From a virus (lineage: Duplodnaviria > Caudoviricetes): DNA of 64,000 nucleotides. Both the position numbers and the translations under genes were made by a program. The notes beneath the pieces were generated by a model. The model saw nothing but the letters and a program-made list of their open reading frames with translations. It ran no database searches and was not told the origin of the DNA. The DNA lies in IMG/VR virus record IMGVR_UViG_3300028591_000007, positions 71,706 to 135,705 of that record. One strand, 5' to 3'. Shown piece after piece: positions 57,403 through 64,000 of the stretch; position 1 is the stretch's first letter; each line of letters begins with the position of its first letter.

Positions 57403-57524
57403 TAATATCTTTCCTTTCTATCTGTGTACAACAATTGTTTCTCGTAGTTCGTATGTTACGTTTGTTACAGAATTCTTTATATTTTACATAATGTTTACAA
57501 TTAATACATCTTGCTTCTATTATT

Positions 57525-58574
57525 TTATATTTCATTATAGTATTTACATCCTTCCATTGACATATTGCATAAAAATCCTCCAGTACATTTATTACCAAAT
57601 CCTTTAAAATGCACACAATTTTCACAAAGTCCACTATCTTCATTATAATATTCTTCTGGAACAAAGTCTTTACAAGCTTCCTTACCTTGTTCTCCCAACT
57701 GACATTCATAACGGTTATCACACTCGTCACAAATATTTGTATGCTCTTTTTCTTCAATACAGTTATCTTTTTCATCTTCTGACTTAAAACTTAATCCATA
57801 ACTTAACAACTTATCCCGTATCTCTTGTAAGGACCTACGACCAAGATTTCTTACTTGCATTACATCTGATTCGGTAGCATTACAAATATCTTTTATTGTA
57901 TTATAGCCACCACGCTTAAGACAATTGTAGGTTCTTACGCTAAAGCCAACTTCATCAAGAGGTAGAGAATAACTTATTTCTGTCTTTACATCAGTTTTTA
58001 CTTCTATACCAACATTATTCAAAGCATCAGTTAATATCTTTATATGATTCATTGATTCAGTTATAAGATCACTTAACTCATTCTTCTTTAAAGTTAATAC
58101 ATCGGTCTTTTCTTTTATTTCCTGAGAAAGTTTAAAAGGAGAGAATATTGCCTTAGCTCTCATTGGATGTCTCATTTTTCTTAAAGCTTTATTCTCAATC
58201 ATCCTTATTCTTTCTCTTGTAACACCAAATCCTTTTGCAATTTCACCAAGAGTTAATTTTCCTCTGAACCTCATGCGAAGAATATTTGCTTCTTTTGCTT
58301 CCATTAAGTTGTCTAAGATGTATTCTATATTTGCTTCAACTTCTTTTATAGATTTAGCATCATTTATAGCTATTTCATTTTTATAACCAAATATACAATA
58401 AATAAGATTCATAGGATATTCAATATCAATATCACAATCTTTATCATCTTTACTATTTAAATCACCATATAACAATTCCAATAATTTTGCAAGTTCATCA
58501 TATTCTATATTAGTTAAAGCGCTATGATTTTTACACTTATCTGTTATTACTTTAATCATAAAATTATCAGACAT
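57525..58574 (-). CDS. sigma70 region-4 / RNA polymerase alpha-CTD fusion with Cys-rich tail
   Basis: TLGEIAKGFGVTRERIRMIENKALRKMRHP (sigma 4.2); FSVRTYNCLKRGG.NTI..VRNLGRRSLQEI (alpha-CTD); two CxxC clusters. Confidence 0.9.
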   Translation of the reverse strand: MSDNFMIKVITDKCKNHSALTNIEYDELAKLLELLYGDLNSKDDKDCDIDIEYPMNLIYCIFGYKNEIAINDAKSIKEVEANIEYILDNLMEAKEANILRMRFRGKLTLGEIAKGFGVTRERIRMIENKALRKMRHPMRAKAIFSPFKLSQEIKEKTDVLTLKKNELSDLITESMNHIKILTDALNNVGIEVKTDVKTEISYSLPLDEVGFSVRTYNCLKRGGYNTIKDICNATESDVMQVRNLGRRSLQEIRDKLLSYGLSFKSEDEKDNCIEEKEHTNICDECDNRYECQLGEQGKEACKDFVPEEYYNEDSGLCENCVHFKGFGNKCTGGFLCNMSMEGCKYYNEI

Positions 58575-58588
58575 TAGTTATTCTCCTT

Positions 58589-59056
58589 TCAAGTAAAAAG
58601 ATTCTCAAATGTTTCATTACACAATACAGACATGTTTCTAACACCATTAACAATTTTAAACCAATCTTTTAATTCAATACCGCCACGATCATAAAGTTCT
58701 TCGAGTGAAAGTATGCACTGTTGTAAATATCTTGTAGACATCCAACCTTGAAAAAGTAAATTATAATCCACTATCACAAAATTATCATGTCCACAATATT
58801 CAAATAAATGTTCATTGAATCTATTTATTGTGAATGGATCAACTTTAAAATATCTTTTTGTCATTTCTTTATATACTAATTCCATTGTATAAGTATAGAA
58901 ATGATCAATTGGATATTCAGTTATAACATTAACCAATAAATGATTCGGTGTTCCAAGTGTTGCTAAGTTACTTGCTATTGCACAACATTCACGCCATTGT
59001 CCCAATAATTGTTGATCAGGTAAAAACTCGATTAAGCACTTATGCCATAAACGCAT
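58589..59056 (-). CDS. pyrimidine-dimer DNA glycosylase-like protein
   Basis: MRLWH..LI..LP.QQLLGQWREC, NHLLVN. Confidence 0.8.
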   Translation of the reverse strand: MRLWHKCLIEFLPDQQLLGQWRECCAIASNLATLGTPNHLLVNVITEYPIDHFYTYTMELVYKEMTKRYFKVDPFTINRFNEHLFEYCGHDNFVIVDYNLLFQGWMSTRYLQQCILSLEELYDRGGIELKDWFKIVNGVRNMSVLCNETFENLFT

Positions 59057-59265
59057 TATGTCTCCTTTCTTTTTTTATTACGATATATAACTTTCCGTTT
59101 TTCATTTATTTCATCTTTATGTTTCTGATAATACTCTTTGTTGTATTTTCTTTTTTCATCATTATGTTTCTGATAATACTCTTCAGAATATTTTTTATGC
59201 TTCTCAAGTAATTCTTCTTTATGTTTTTGATAATACTCTTTATTATACTCTGAACTATTATGCAA
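59056..59265 (-). CDS. low-complexity protein with EYYQKH repeats
   Basis: Three EYYQKH repeats. Confidence 0.5.
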   Translation of the reverse strand: MHNSSEYNKEYYQKHKEELLEKHKKYSEEYYQKHNDEKRKYNKEYYQKHKDEINEKRKVIYRNKKRKET

Positions 59266-59268
59266 TGG

Positions 59269-59589
59269 TTAATCCTCCTTTCTAAATTTAAGAGCTTCTT
59301 CTTGCATTTTAGGATCTACAATATCATCATAATCATAACCTAATTCATAAAAACTTTTCCAGAAAGCATTAGCATCAATACCATTATTTTTTGCAGTACT
59401 ATACCAAGCTGTAATTTCATTATTTACATCAAAATCATTTTTAGTTTGCAAAACACACATATTGTCATGAGGAATAGCAAGAATAAATTCACTATTATTA
59501 GTAAACATACCTTTTGTACCATCATCTGCATATATTCGCATATCATCTGGCAAATTTTCAATTATCTTTTTTAATCTTTTAATTGTCAT
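59269..59589 (-). CDS. hypothetical protein, paralog of 44362-44703
   Basis: Shared sequence. Confidence 0.7.
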   Translation of the reverse strand: MTIKRLKKIIENLPDDMRIYADDGTKGMFTNNSEFILAIPHDNMCVLQTKNDFDVNNEITAWYSTAKNNGIDANAFWKSFYELGYDYDDIVDPKMQEEALKFRKED

Positions 59590-59615
59590 AAACTATTTTT
59601 CCTTTCTAAATTATT

Positions 59616-59852
59616 TTATTTGCGATCATTCCAATAATCAAGAACTCTTTGTGTTCCTTCATCAATACTAACATCTTTAATAAAATTCTTAAAACCTTTT
59701 AATCCGCAATCAGCACAAAAAATATTAATGGTATATATAAAATCTATTTTAGGAGAATCTGAATAAATTCTTTTTCCACCGCATAAAGGGCATGGTTTTG
59801 CTTTTTCAGATAAATCTCTTAACATATAGTCTCCTTTCATCATTGAATGCAT
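59616..59852 (-). CDS. Lar-family (restriction alleviation-like) zinc-ribbon protein
   Basis: KPCPLCGG ... IFCADCG ... YWNDR. Confidence 0.65.
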   Translation of the reverse strand: MHSMMKGDYMLRDLSEKAKPCPLCGGKRIYSDSPKIDFIYTINIFCADCGLKGFKNFIKDVSIDEGTQRVLDYWNDRK

Positions 59853-59933
59853 AATTTTAAAAATAAAAAGAAGAAAGCAACCTAATTAATTTCTTAAGTC
59901 ACTTTCTTCACACTCGAGGGCTTCCATCACCTC

Positions 59934-59957
59934 ATAACGGGAACAGACTTTTTCGCG
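59934..59957 (-). promoter_or_regulatory. phage promoter CGCG-N14-CGTTAT
   Basis: Degenerate -10; followed by a ~70-nt ORF-less unit and a terminator. Confidence 0.55.
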
Positions 59958-60356
59958 CTAGCCCTCAATTTGCTCAAAGAACTCACAAGTATTCAAAGCA
60001 AATGTTTCCTTATTATCTCTTGTACAAGTATATTTTGCTTTAATAAGATTTTGTCCTCTACCAAATTGTTTCATGCATTTTGTACAATTCATACAACATT
60101 TAGATATAGTTTTATTAATTTTATTATTTTTATATATTTGATGTTTGAACTGAAATACATCTGTATTACCAAGATTGAGTGATTCATTTAACATTATATC
60201 TTCCATTTCCTGGAACTTTAATCCTCTTTCAATTGTAGCAATATCTTTATCATCAAGTATATTTGCTTCAATTATTTTGTTAAGTATTCTATTAGATTCG
60301 TCGAACATTTTAAATAATCTCCTCTCCATAAACTGTGAACACTGATAAAAATGCAT
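59958..60356 (-). CDS. Cys-containing hypothetical protein
   Basis: Real start likely MFDES. Confidence 0.6.
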   Translation of the reverse strand: MHFYQCSQFMERRLFKMFDESNRILNKIIEANILDDKDIATIERGLKFQEMEDIMLNESLNLGNTDVFQFKHQIYKNNKINKTISKCCMNCTKCMKQFGRGQNLIKAKYTCTRDNKETFALNTCEFFEQIEG

Positions 60357-60717
60357 CTATATGATTAATTTTTCTAGGTTTTCTATCATTCCAGAAAATC
60401 CTGACAAGACCATTTTCACGTTCAACATCAATGCTTATACCATTTCTACCAAAGTTCATTAAACTAGCAACATCATGCCAATCGCCAAAATTATAATACT
60501 TTTTAGCATTATCTTCATCATAGTTATAACCAACTATTTGCATGCAATTATAACCTGAACCATCATCAAATTCTTCATCTTCATCTGTAGGAATTACATA
60601 GAAACCCCTGATTTCAACTTCCTCAAAATCTTTAATCATGTTTTTAAGAATGTAGTCTTTTGTGTCCATCATGTTTTTGTCTCCTTTTTGTATGTGTGTT
60701 TTTATTTGTAAGAACAA
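60310..60717 (-). CDS. hypothetical protein
   Basis: Real start likely MMDTK; DGSGYNCM. Confidence 0.65.
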   Translation of the reverse strand: MFLQIKTHIQKGDKNMMDTKDYILKNMIKDFEEVEIRGFYVIPTDEDEEFDDGSGYNCMQIVGYNYDEDNAKKYYNFGDWHDVASLMNFGRNGISIDVERENGLVRIFWNDRKPRKINHIDAFLSVFTVYGEEII

Positions 60718-60876
60718 GAGAACCGTAGTTATCCACTATCAGCTCTCCCGCTCTTCTTTGGTAAGAGGTAGGATATAGATATGTCGACCCTAGTTGACTA
60801 ATATCAATTATTTATAAATTTCATTAAATAACTAATATTAATCAATTAAGTTCATATATCTGAGGCCCTACCTCCT
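60712..60876 (-). ncRNA. candidate promoter-driven long-hairpin RNA plus terminator
   Basis: ~110-nt rod at 60765-60874 (GAGGTAGG/CCTACCTC, TAATTGATTAATATTAGTTATTTA/TAAATAATTGATATTAGTCAACTA). Confidence 0.55.
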
Positions 60877-60877
60877 C

Positions 60878-60901
60878 AATATACGGTAATTAAATTTCGC
60901 G
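60878..60901 (-). promoter_or_regulatory. phage promoter CGCG-N14-TATATT
   Basis: Motif family member. Confidence 0.75.
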
Positions 60902-60981
60902 AATTGATTATTTGTTAGACTGTTTACGAATTAAAAAAAAAAATAGAGCAGTTTAAAGTCTTGCTCAGGACCTTGTGATAA

Positions 60982-61281
60982 TTACTTCTTTGTACTAGAG
61001 GAGATTTTTGTTTCAACTTCCTTAAAATTATCCTCAGTAATCTTAGTACGTGCCTCAACTCCGTCCAAACGATTGTCTAAACCCACTATGATTTTCTTTA
61101 GATCATTTACTTCACTCTGTGTCTTATTCTTAGACACTATTGTAAAATACTTGTCTATTGCTGTCATAGCAATGTCTACAACCTTTGAAAGGTCTTCCTC
61201 AACGTTTTCACTACTGTAATTAATCTGTACATCAAACTTCATTGTTCTACCTCCATTTTTATAATGTTTATTAACTACCAC
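60982..61281 (-). CDS. coiled-coil protein in a promoter-terminator cassette
   Basis: Real start likely MKFDV after GGAGG. Confidence 0.65.
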   Translation of the reverse strand: MVVNKHYKNGGRTMKFDVQINYSSENVEEDLSKVVDIAMTAIDKYFTIVSKNKTQSEVNDLKKIIVGLDNRLDGVEARTKITEDNFKEVETKISSSTKK

Positions 61282-61284
61282 TGC

Positions 61285-61308
61285 ATAATATAGACATTAA
61301 ATTTCGCG
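61285..61308 (-). promoter_or_regulatory. phage promoter CGCG-N14-TATTAT
   Basis: Motif family member. Confidence 0.75.
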
Positions 61309-61386
61309 TTTTGTTAGACCGTTTGCGAATTTCAAAAAAAAAAAAATAAGGACTTATTTATAGTCGCTCCTTATACGACTTTATTA

Positions 61387-61734
61387 TTATTCCTTTGTTA
61401 AATCTTCAAACTCAGTTAATTCCGATTCTATAAAATTAACTGTATTATTGTACGCTTTCACTACATTTACATACATTTTTTCTGCTTTACTTCTGTTAAT
61501 ACGAATTAATATCATTGGCACTACATCAAATGCTACTAATAATACCGGCCATAATGCTACTAATGCTAATGTAAACTCAATAATTCCTAATGTTTTCAAG
61601 AATTTACCAAATTTATGATGTCCTTCTAACATCTTTTCATAATTTTGATAACTCTTTGATTCAAACATATTCTTTACTGTTTTTGCATTAATTAGTGCAT
61701 AAATGATGCCGATTAATAAATATGTAGTTATCAT
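61387..61734 (-). CDS. membrane protein in a promoter-terminator cassette
   Basis: Two hydrophobic segments; AAAGGAG RBS. Confidence 0.7.
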   Translation of the reverse strand: MITTYLLIGIIYALINAKTVKNMFESKSYQNYEKMLEGHHKFGKFLKTLGIIEFTLALVALWPVLLVAFDVVPMILIRINRSKAEKMYVNVVKAYNNTVNFIESELTEFEDLTKE

Positions 61735-61845
61735 ATATACTCCTTTCTGTATTAACCTCCAGTTGCATAATATGAATGGAAATAAAAACGAAAGGAACCA
61801 AATATCTTGATTCCAATCGTTCTGAATATTTACACAACAAATGAA

Positions 61846-62070
61846 TTACTTACAATACAAATAATTTCTTCTTCCGAATCTGTAAACATTTGCAAGTTTG
61901 CTAGCTCGTTTGCAGTGGTGATCAACTTTTCTCATTCCAAGTTCGGGTAGATCTACCGTCCCGCAATCCGCTTCCATTTTTGCTATTACTTTGTTTACTG
62001 ATAACTTGCGAAATTTTTCTGTTTTCATAAGCATATCCTCCATGTTGTTTAATAAGCTACCATTATACAA
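61846..62070 (-). CDS. small basic protein in a cassette
   Basis: Real start likely after GGAGG (MKTEK). Confidence 0.55.
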   Translation of the reverse strand: MYNGSLLNNMEDMLMKTEKFRKLSVNKVIAKMEADCGTVDLPELGMRKVDHHCKRASKLANVYRFGRRNYLYCK

Positions 62071-62105
62071 ATAGAGATTTTAGCGAAAATTTATAGTAAT
62101 ATTAT
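62062..62105. promoter_or_regulatory. divergent promoter pair sharing one core
   Basis: - strand CGCT-N14-TATAAT; + strand AGCG-N14-TATTAT. Confidence 0.7.
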
Positions 62106-62148
62106 GAGAAACTCATTAAATATTTTTTTATAAAATAGGAGGTATATT

Positions 62149-62379
62149 ATGGAAAGAACTAGTTACATTTGCGATAAATGTGGTAAGGAATTTAAGTCGT
62201 ATAATGAATTAGAAAGTTATTGGCCTTTATGCATTGAACAATGCTATAAAAGGAGTAGTAACTTTAGTAGGATCAATGATAAATTAAAAGTAGATTTATG
62301 CAATGAATGTAATAAACTTTTTAGAAAACGCATCAATGATTTTATAACAGAATTAAGTAAAGAGTTTAATTCTCAATAA
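62149..62379 (+). CDS. small zinc-ribbon protein (+ strand)
   Basis: AGGAGG RBS, YICDKC..DLCNEC, own promoter and a hairpin terminator at about 62386-62420. Confidence 0.75.
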   Translation: MERTSYICDKCGKEFKSYNELESYWPLCIEQCYKRSSNFSRINDKLKVDLCNECNKLFRKRINDFITELSKEFNSQ

Positions 62380-62463
62380 TAAAGTAGGTAGTCTTGTAGA
62401 AATACAGGACTATCTTTTTTAAAAAATTTAGCGCCAAATTTCGACGCTAAATATCTTTTGAAA

Positions 62464-62685
62464 CTACTTTAGGATCAAACCAAGAAATTCAGTATGGTTA
62501 TGATCAATTATACGAGTCAGTAATACATTATATTCATCATATTTCTTGTTAAAGGGAGTATATCCTAACTTCTTGTAGAATTCCACACAAAAGTTAAGAT
62601 CATTTTCCTCTTCATCAATATTTCTGATGAAACCATAATGATTACCATTTGTCTCGTTTAACATCCATGTTTCTTTTACTATCAT
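62464..62685 (-). CDS. hypothetical protein in a cassette
   Basis: AAAGGAGG RBS; promoter at 62712-62735 (CGCA-N14-TATTAT). Confidence 0.7.
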   Translation of the reverse strand: MIVKETWMLNETNGNHYGFIRNIDEEENDLNFCVEFYKKLGYTPFNKKYDEYNVLLTRIIDHNHTEFLGLILK

Positions 62686-62786
62686 ATCTTAATCCTCCTT
62701 TATTAGTTTCTATAATATAGGTAAATATCTTTGCGAAAAAAATAAGGGGAAAATATATCCCCTTTTATGATAAACAATAAATAGCT

Positions 62787-63086
62787 TTATATTCGTGATA
62801 TAATATCTTCAGCAGTAAGCCAACCTTCATAGCAATCGCCATTTCGGACAATATCGCCCATGATCTCAAGTAATCCATCTAATCCACCGTAAGAACAATA
62901 ATGACATACAGCATCCCACTTACGTTTATCTATTTCTTTATCATATTTTGATTTATAAATAATTATCTGGTGGAATTCTCTTTCATCAGGGTGTTCATAT
63001 GTTGGATATTGATCGATTCTTTTATAAATTAAGCCTTTATCCTTACAATACTTTTCGAGTTTGTTTAATTCCTTTAAATTTATCAT
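62787..63086 (-). CDS. hypothetical protein in a cassette
   Basis: WDAVCH..SYG...GLLEIMG, GWLTAED; AAAGGAGG RBS. Confidence 0.75.
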   Translation of the reverse strand: MINLKELNKLEKYCKDKGLIYKRIDQYPTYEHPDEREFHQIIIYKSKYDKEIDKRKWDAVCHYCSYGGLDGLLEIMGDIVRNGDCYEGWLTAEDIISRI

Positions 63087-63129
63087 ATCTTAATCCTCCT
63101 TTATGTGCAAAGCTATTTATATTGCTTTC

Positions 63130-63173
63130 AATATATACTTATAAAAATGCGCGTTATTTAATGTTCATATAAT
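63130..63173. promoter_or_regulatory. divergent promoter pair on one palindromic CGCG
   Basis: CGCG at 63150-63153 with TATATT (- strand) and TATAAT (+ strand), each exactly 14 nt away. Confidence 0.8.
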
Positions 63174-63194
63174 GAGAAAGAGAGGTGATATATA

Positions 63195-63431
63195 ATGTTA
63201 AAAACATATCTAATTGTTTACGTCATTGTATACATAACTTGGTATCTGATCAATAAGGTATTTGATGGACAACCTGATAAATATCTTAGGGCAAAGATCT
63301 GGTACATATTTGAAACACAATATGGGATCATAGTACCTGAAGATATGAAACAGAATCCATTAAAGTATCTGTTGGCAGATCTCAAGAGTATGTTACATAA
63401 GAAAGGAGGTAAAAAACATAAAGATGAGTAG
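63195..63431 (+). CDS. small membrane protein (+ strand)
   Basis: GAGGTG RBS, N-terminal TM segment, own promoter, GAGTAG/CTACTC terminator. Confidence 0.7.
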   Translation: MLKTYLIVYVIVYITWYLINKVFDGQPDKYLRAKIWYIFETQYGIIVPEDMKQNPLKYLLADLKSMLHKKGGKKHKDE

Positions 63432-63481
63432 CAGTTATATTTACTACTCTCTTTTTTACAAAAAAAAAAGAAAGAGGAGCA

Positions 63482-63601
63482 TTACGCTCCTTCTTCCTCT
63501 TTCTTATCAGATACAGTAATTCTACCAAGAATATATCCATAAGCGATAAGTATCAGTGATAAGAAAAACATTCCAATATTCTCTTTTGTTTTCTTACTCA
63601 T
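63482..63601 (-). CDS. 39-aa membrane peptide (not in ORF track)
   Basis: GGAGG RBS; MSKKTKENIGMFFLSLILIAYGYILGRITVSDKKEEEGA; promoter at 63653-63676. Confidence 0.65.
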   Translation of the reverse strand: MSKKTKENIGMFFLSLILIAYGYILGRITVSDKKEEEGA

Positions 63602-63753
63602 AATAACTACCTCCATTTTGATTTATTATTTTGTATATTACTTTATCTTGCTATAATATAGACATAAGTTTTCACGAAAGAAAGGCCGAAGTACTATGTA
63701 CAAGCTCCTTATCTTTTCAATTTCCTAACTATGTTAGAAAATAAAAAAGAAAG

Positions 63754-63827
63754 GCCCTTAGATAGCTTCGAACTATCGTCTCTCACATAAGTGAGCGTAA
63801 TATCCCATTATACGATATTAACAGGGT
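63754..63827 (-). ncRNA. tRNA-like RNA with collapsed 4-nt anticodon loop
   Basis: D arm GTA-TAATGGGATAT-TAC, CTCAC-TTAT-GTGAG, T arm GATAG-TTCGAAG-CTATC; bulged acceptor; own promoter and U-run. Confidence 0.6.
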
Positions 63828-63852
63828 ATAACTCCCTTTTATCCTCCTTTCC

Positions 63853-63876
63853 AATATAAAAGAGTATGTTTTCGCG
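63853..63876 (-). promoter_or_regulatory. phage promoter CGCG-N14-TATATT
   Basis: Motif family member. Confidence 0.75.
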
Positions 63877-64000
63877 AAATATCTTAAAAAAAAAAATAAG
63901 GAGATAATATACTCAATCTCTGCTCGTCGTGTATTCGATCAATATCGGTTACACCGGACAATCTTTCATTATATCCTTACCTCTTTTCCTTTGTGAACAT

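Noticed and set aside
275-60182. Most + strand ORFs and nested - strand ORFs in the track (e.g. 1628-1849, 6096-6403, 6754-7053, 39685-39870, 57374-57775)
   Set aside because: Shadows of real genes or of non-coding elements, without RBS or motifs; only 62149-62379 and 63195-63431 are accepted on +.
1-64000. Stop-codon reassignment
   Set aside because: Genes tile well in the standard code, TAG and TGA end real ORFs, and both tRNAs read UUG.
1-64000. Integrase, repressor module or host genes marking a prophage boundary
   Set aside because: None recognisable; lifestyle cannot be determined from this window.

Overview
A 64-kb segment of a low-GC tailed dsDNA phage genome. The host is probably a Bacillota (Clostridia-like) bacterium, inferred from AGGAGG ribosome-binding sites, a SigA-like region-4 domain and a SleB-like hydrolase. 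Almost all genes are on the - strand. From the left: portal (partial), terminase large subunit, an HYG-motif protein, head-tail adaptor, HNH and a candidate TerS; a 974-aa single-chain double-psi-barrel RNA polymerase-like protein (QVR, KG, RYP, DFDGD); nucleases and an SF2 helicase; an RNA cluster with two tRNA-Gln(UUG), two anticodon-less tRNA mimics and further structured RNA; an RNA ligase and SSB; a 1413-aa helicase-primase-PolB fusion; two glycosyltransferases; and about 35 kb of small accessory genes, including a sigma-region-4/alpha-CTD fusion. The most striking non-coding signals are: (i) about 22 copies of a promoter with fixed spacing, CGCG-N14-TATAAT-like, several of which drive ORF-less small RNAs; (ii) three tRNA mimics that keep the D/T elbow but lack a usable anticodon; (iii) in-frame DPVVIG-stop repeats behind one gene; (iv) a 425-bp AAA/TTT-free coding stretch next to the presumed packaging region; (v) four ~115-bp periodic palindromic elements resembling gyrase-wrapping sites; (vi) a gene-boundary motif AATGATATTT. 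All family assignments come from recognising motifs by eye; no searches were run.
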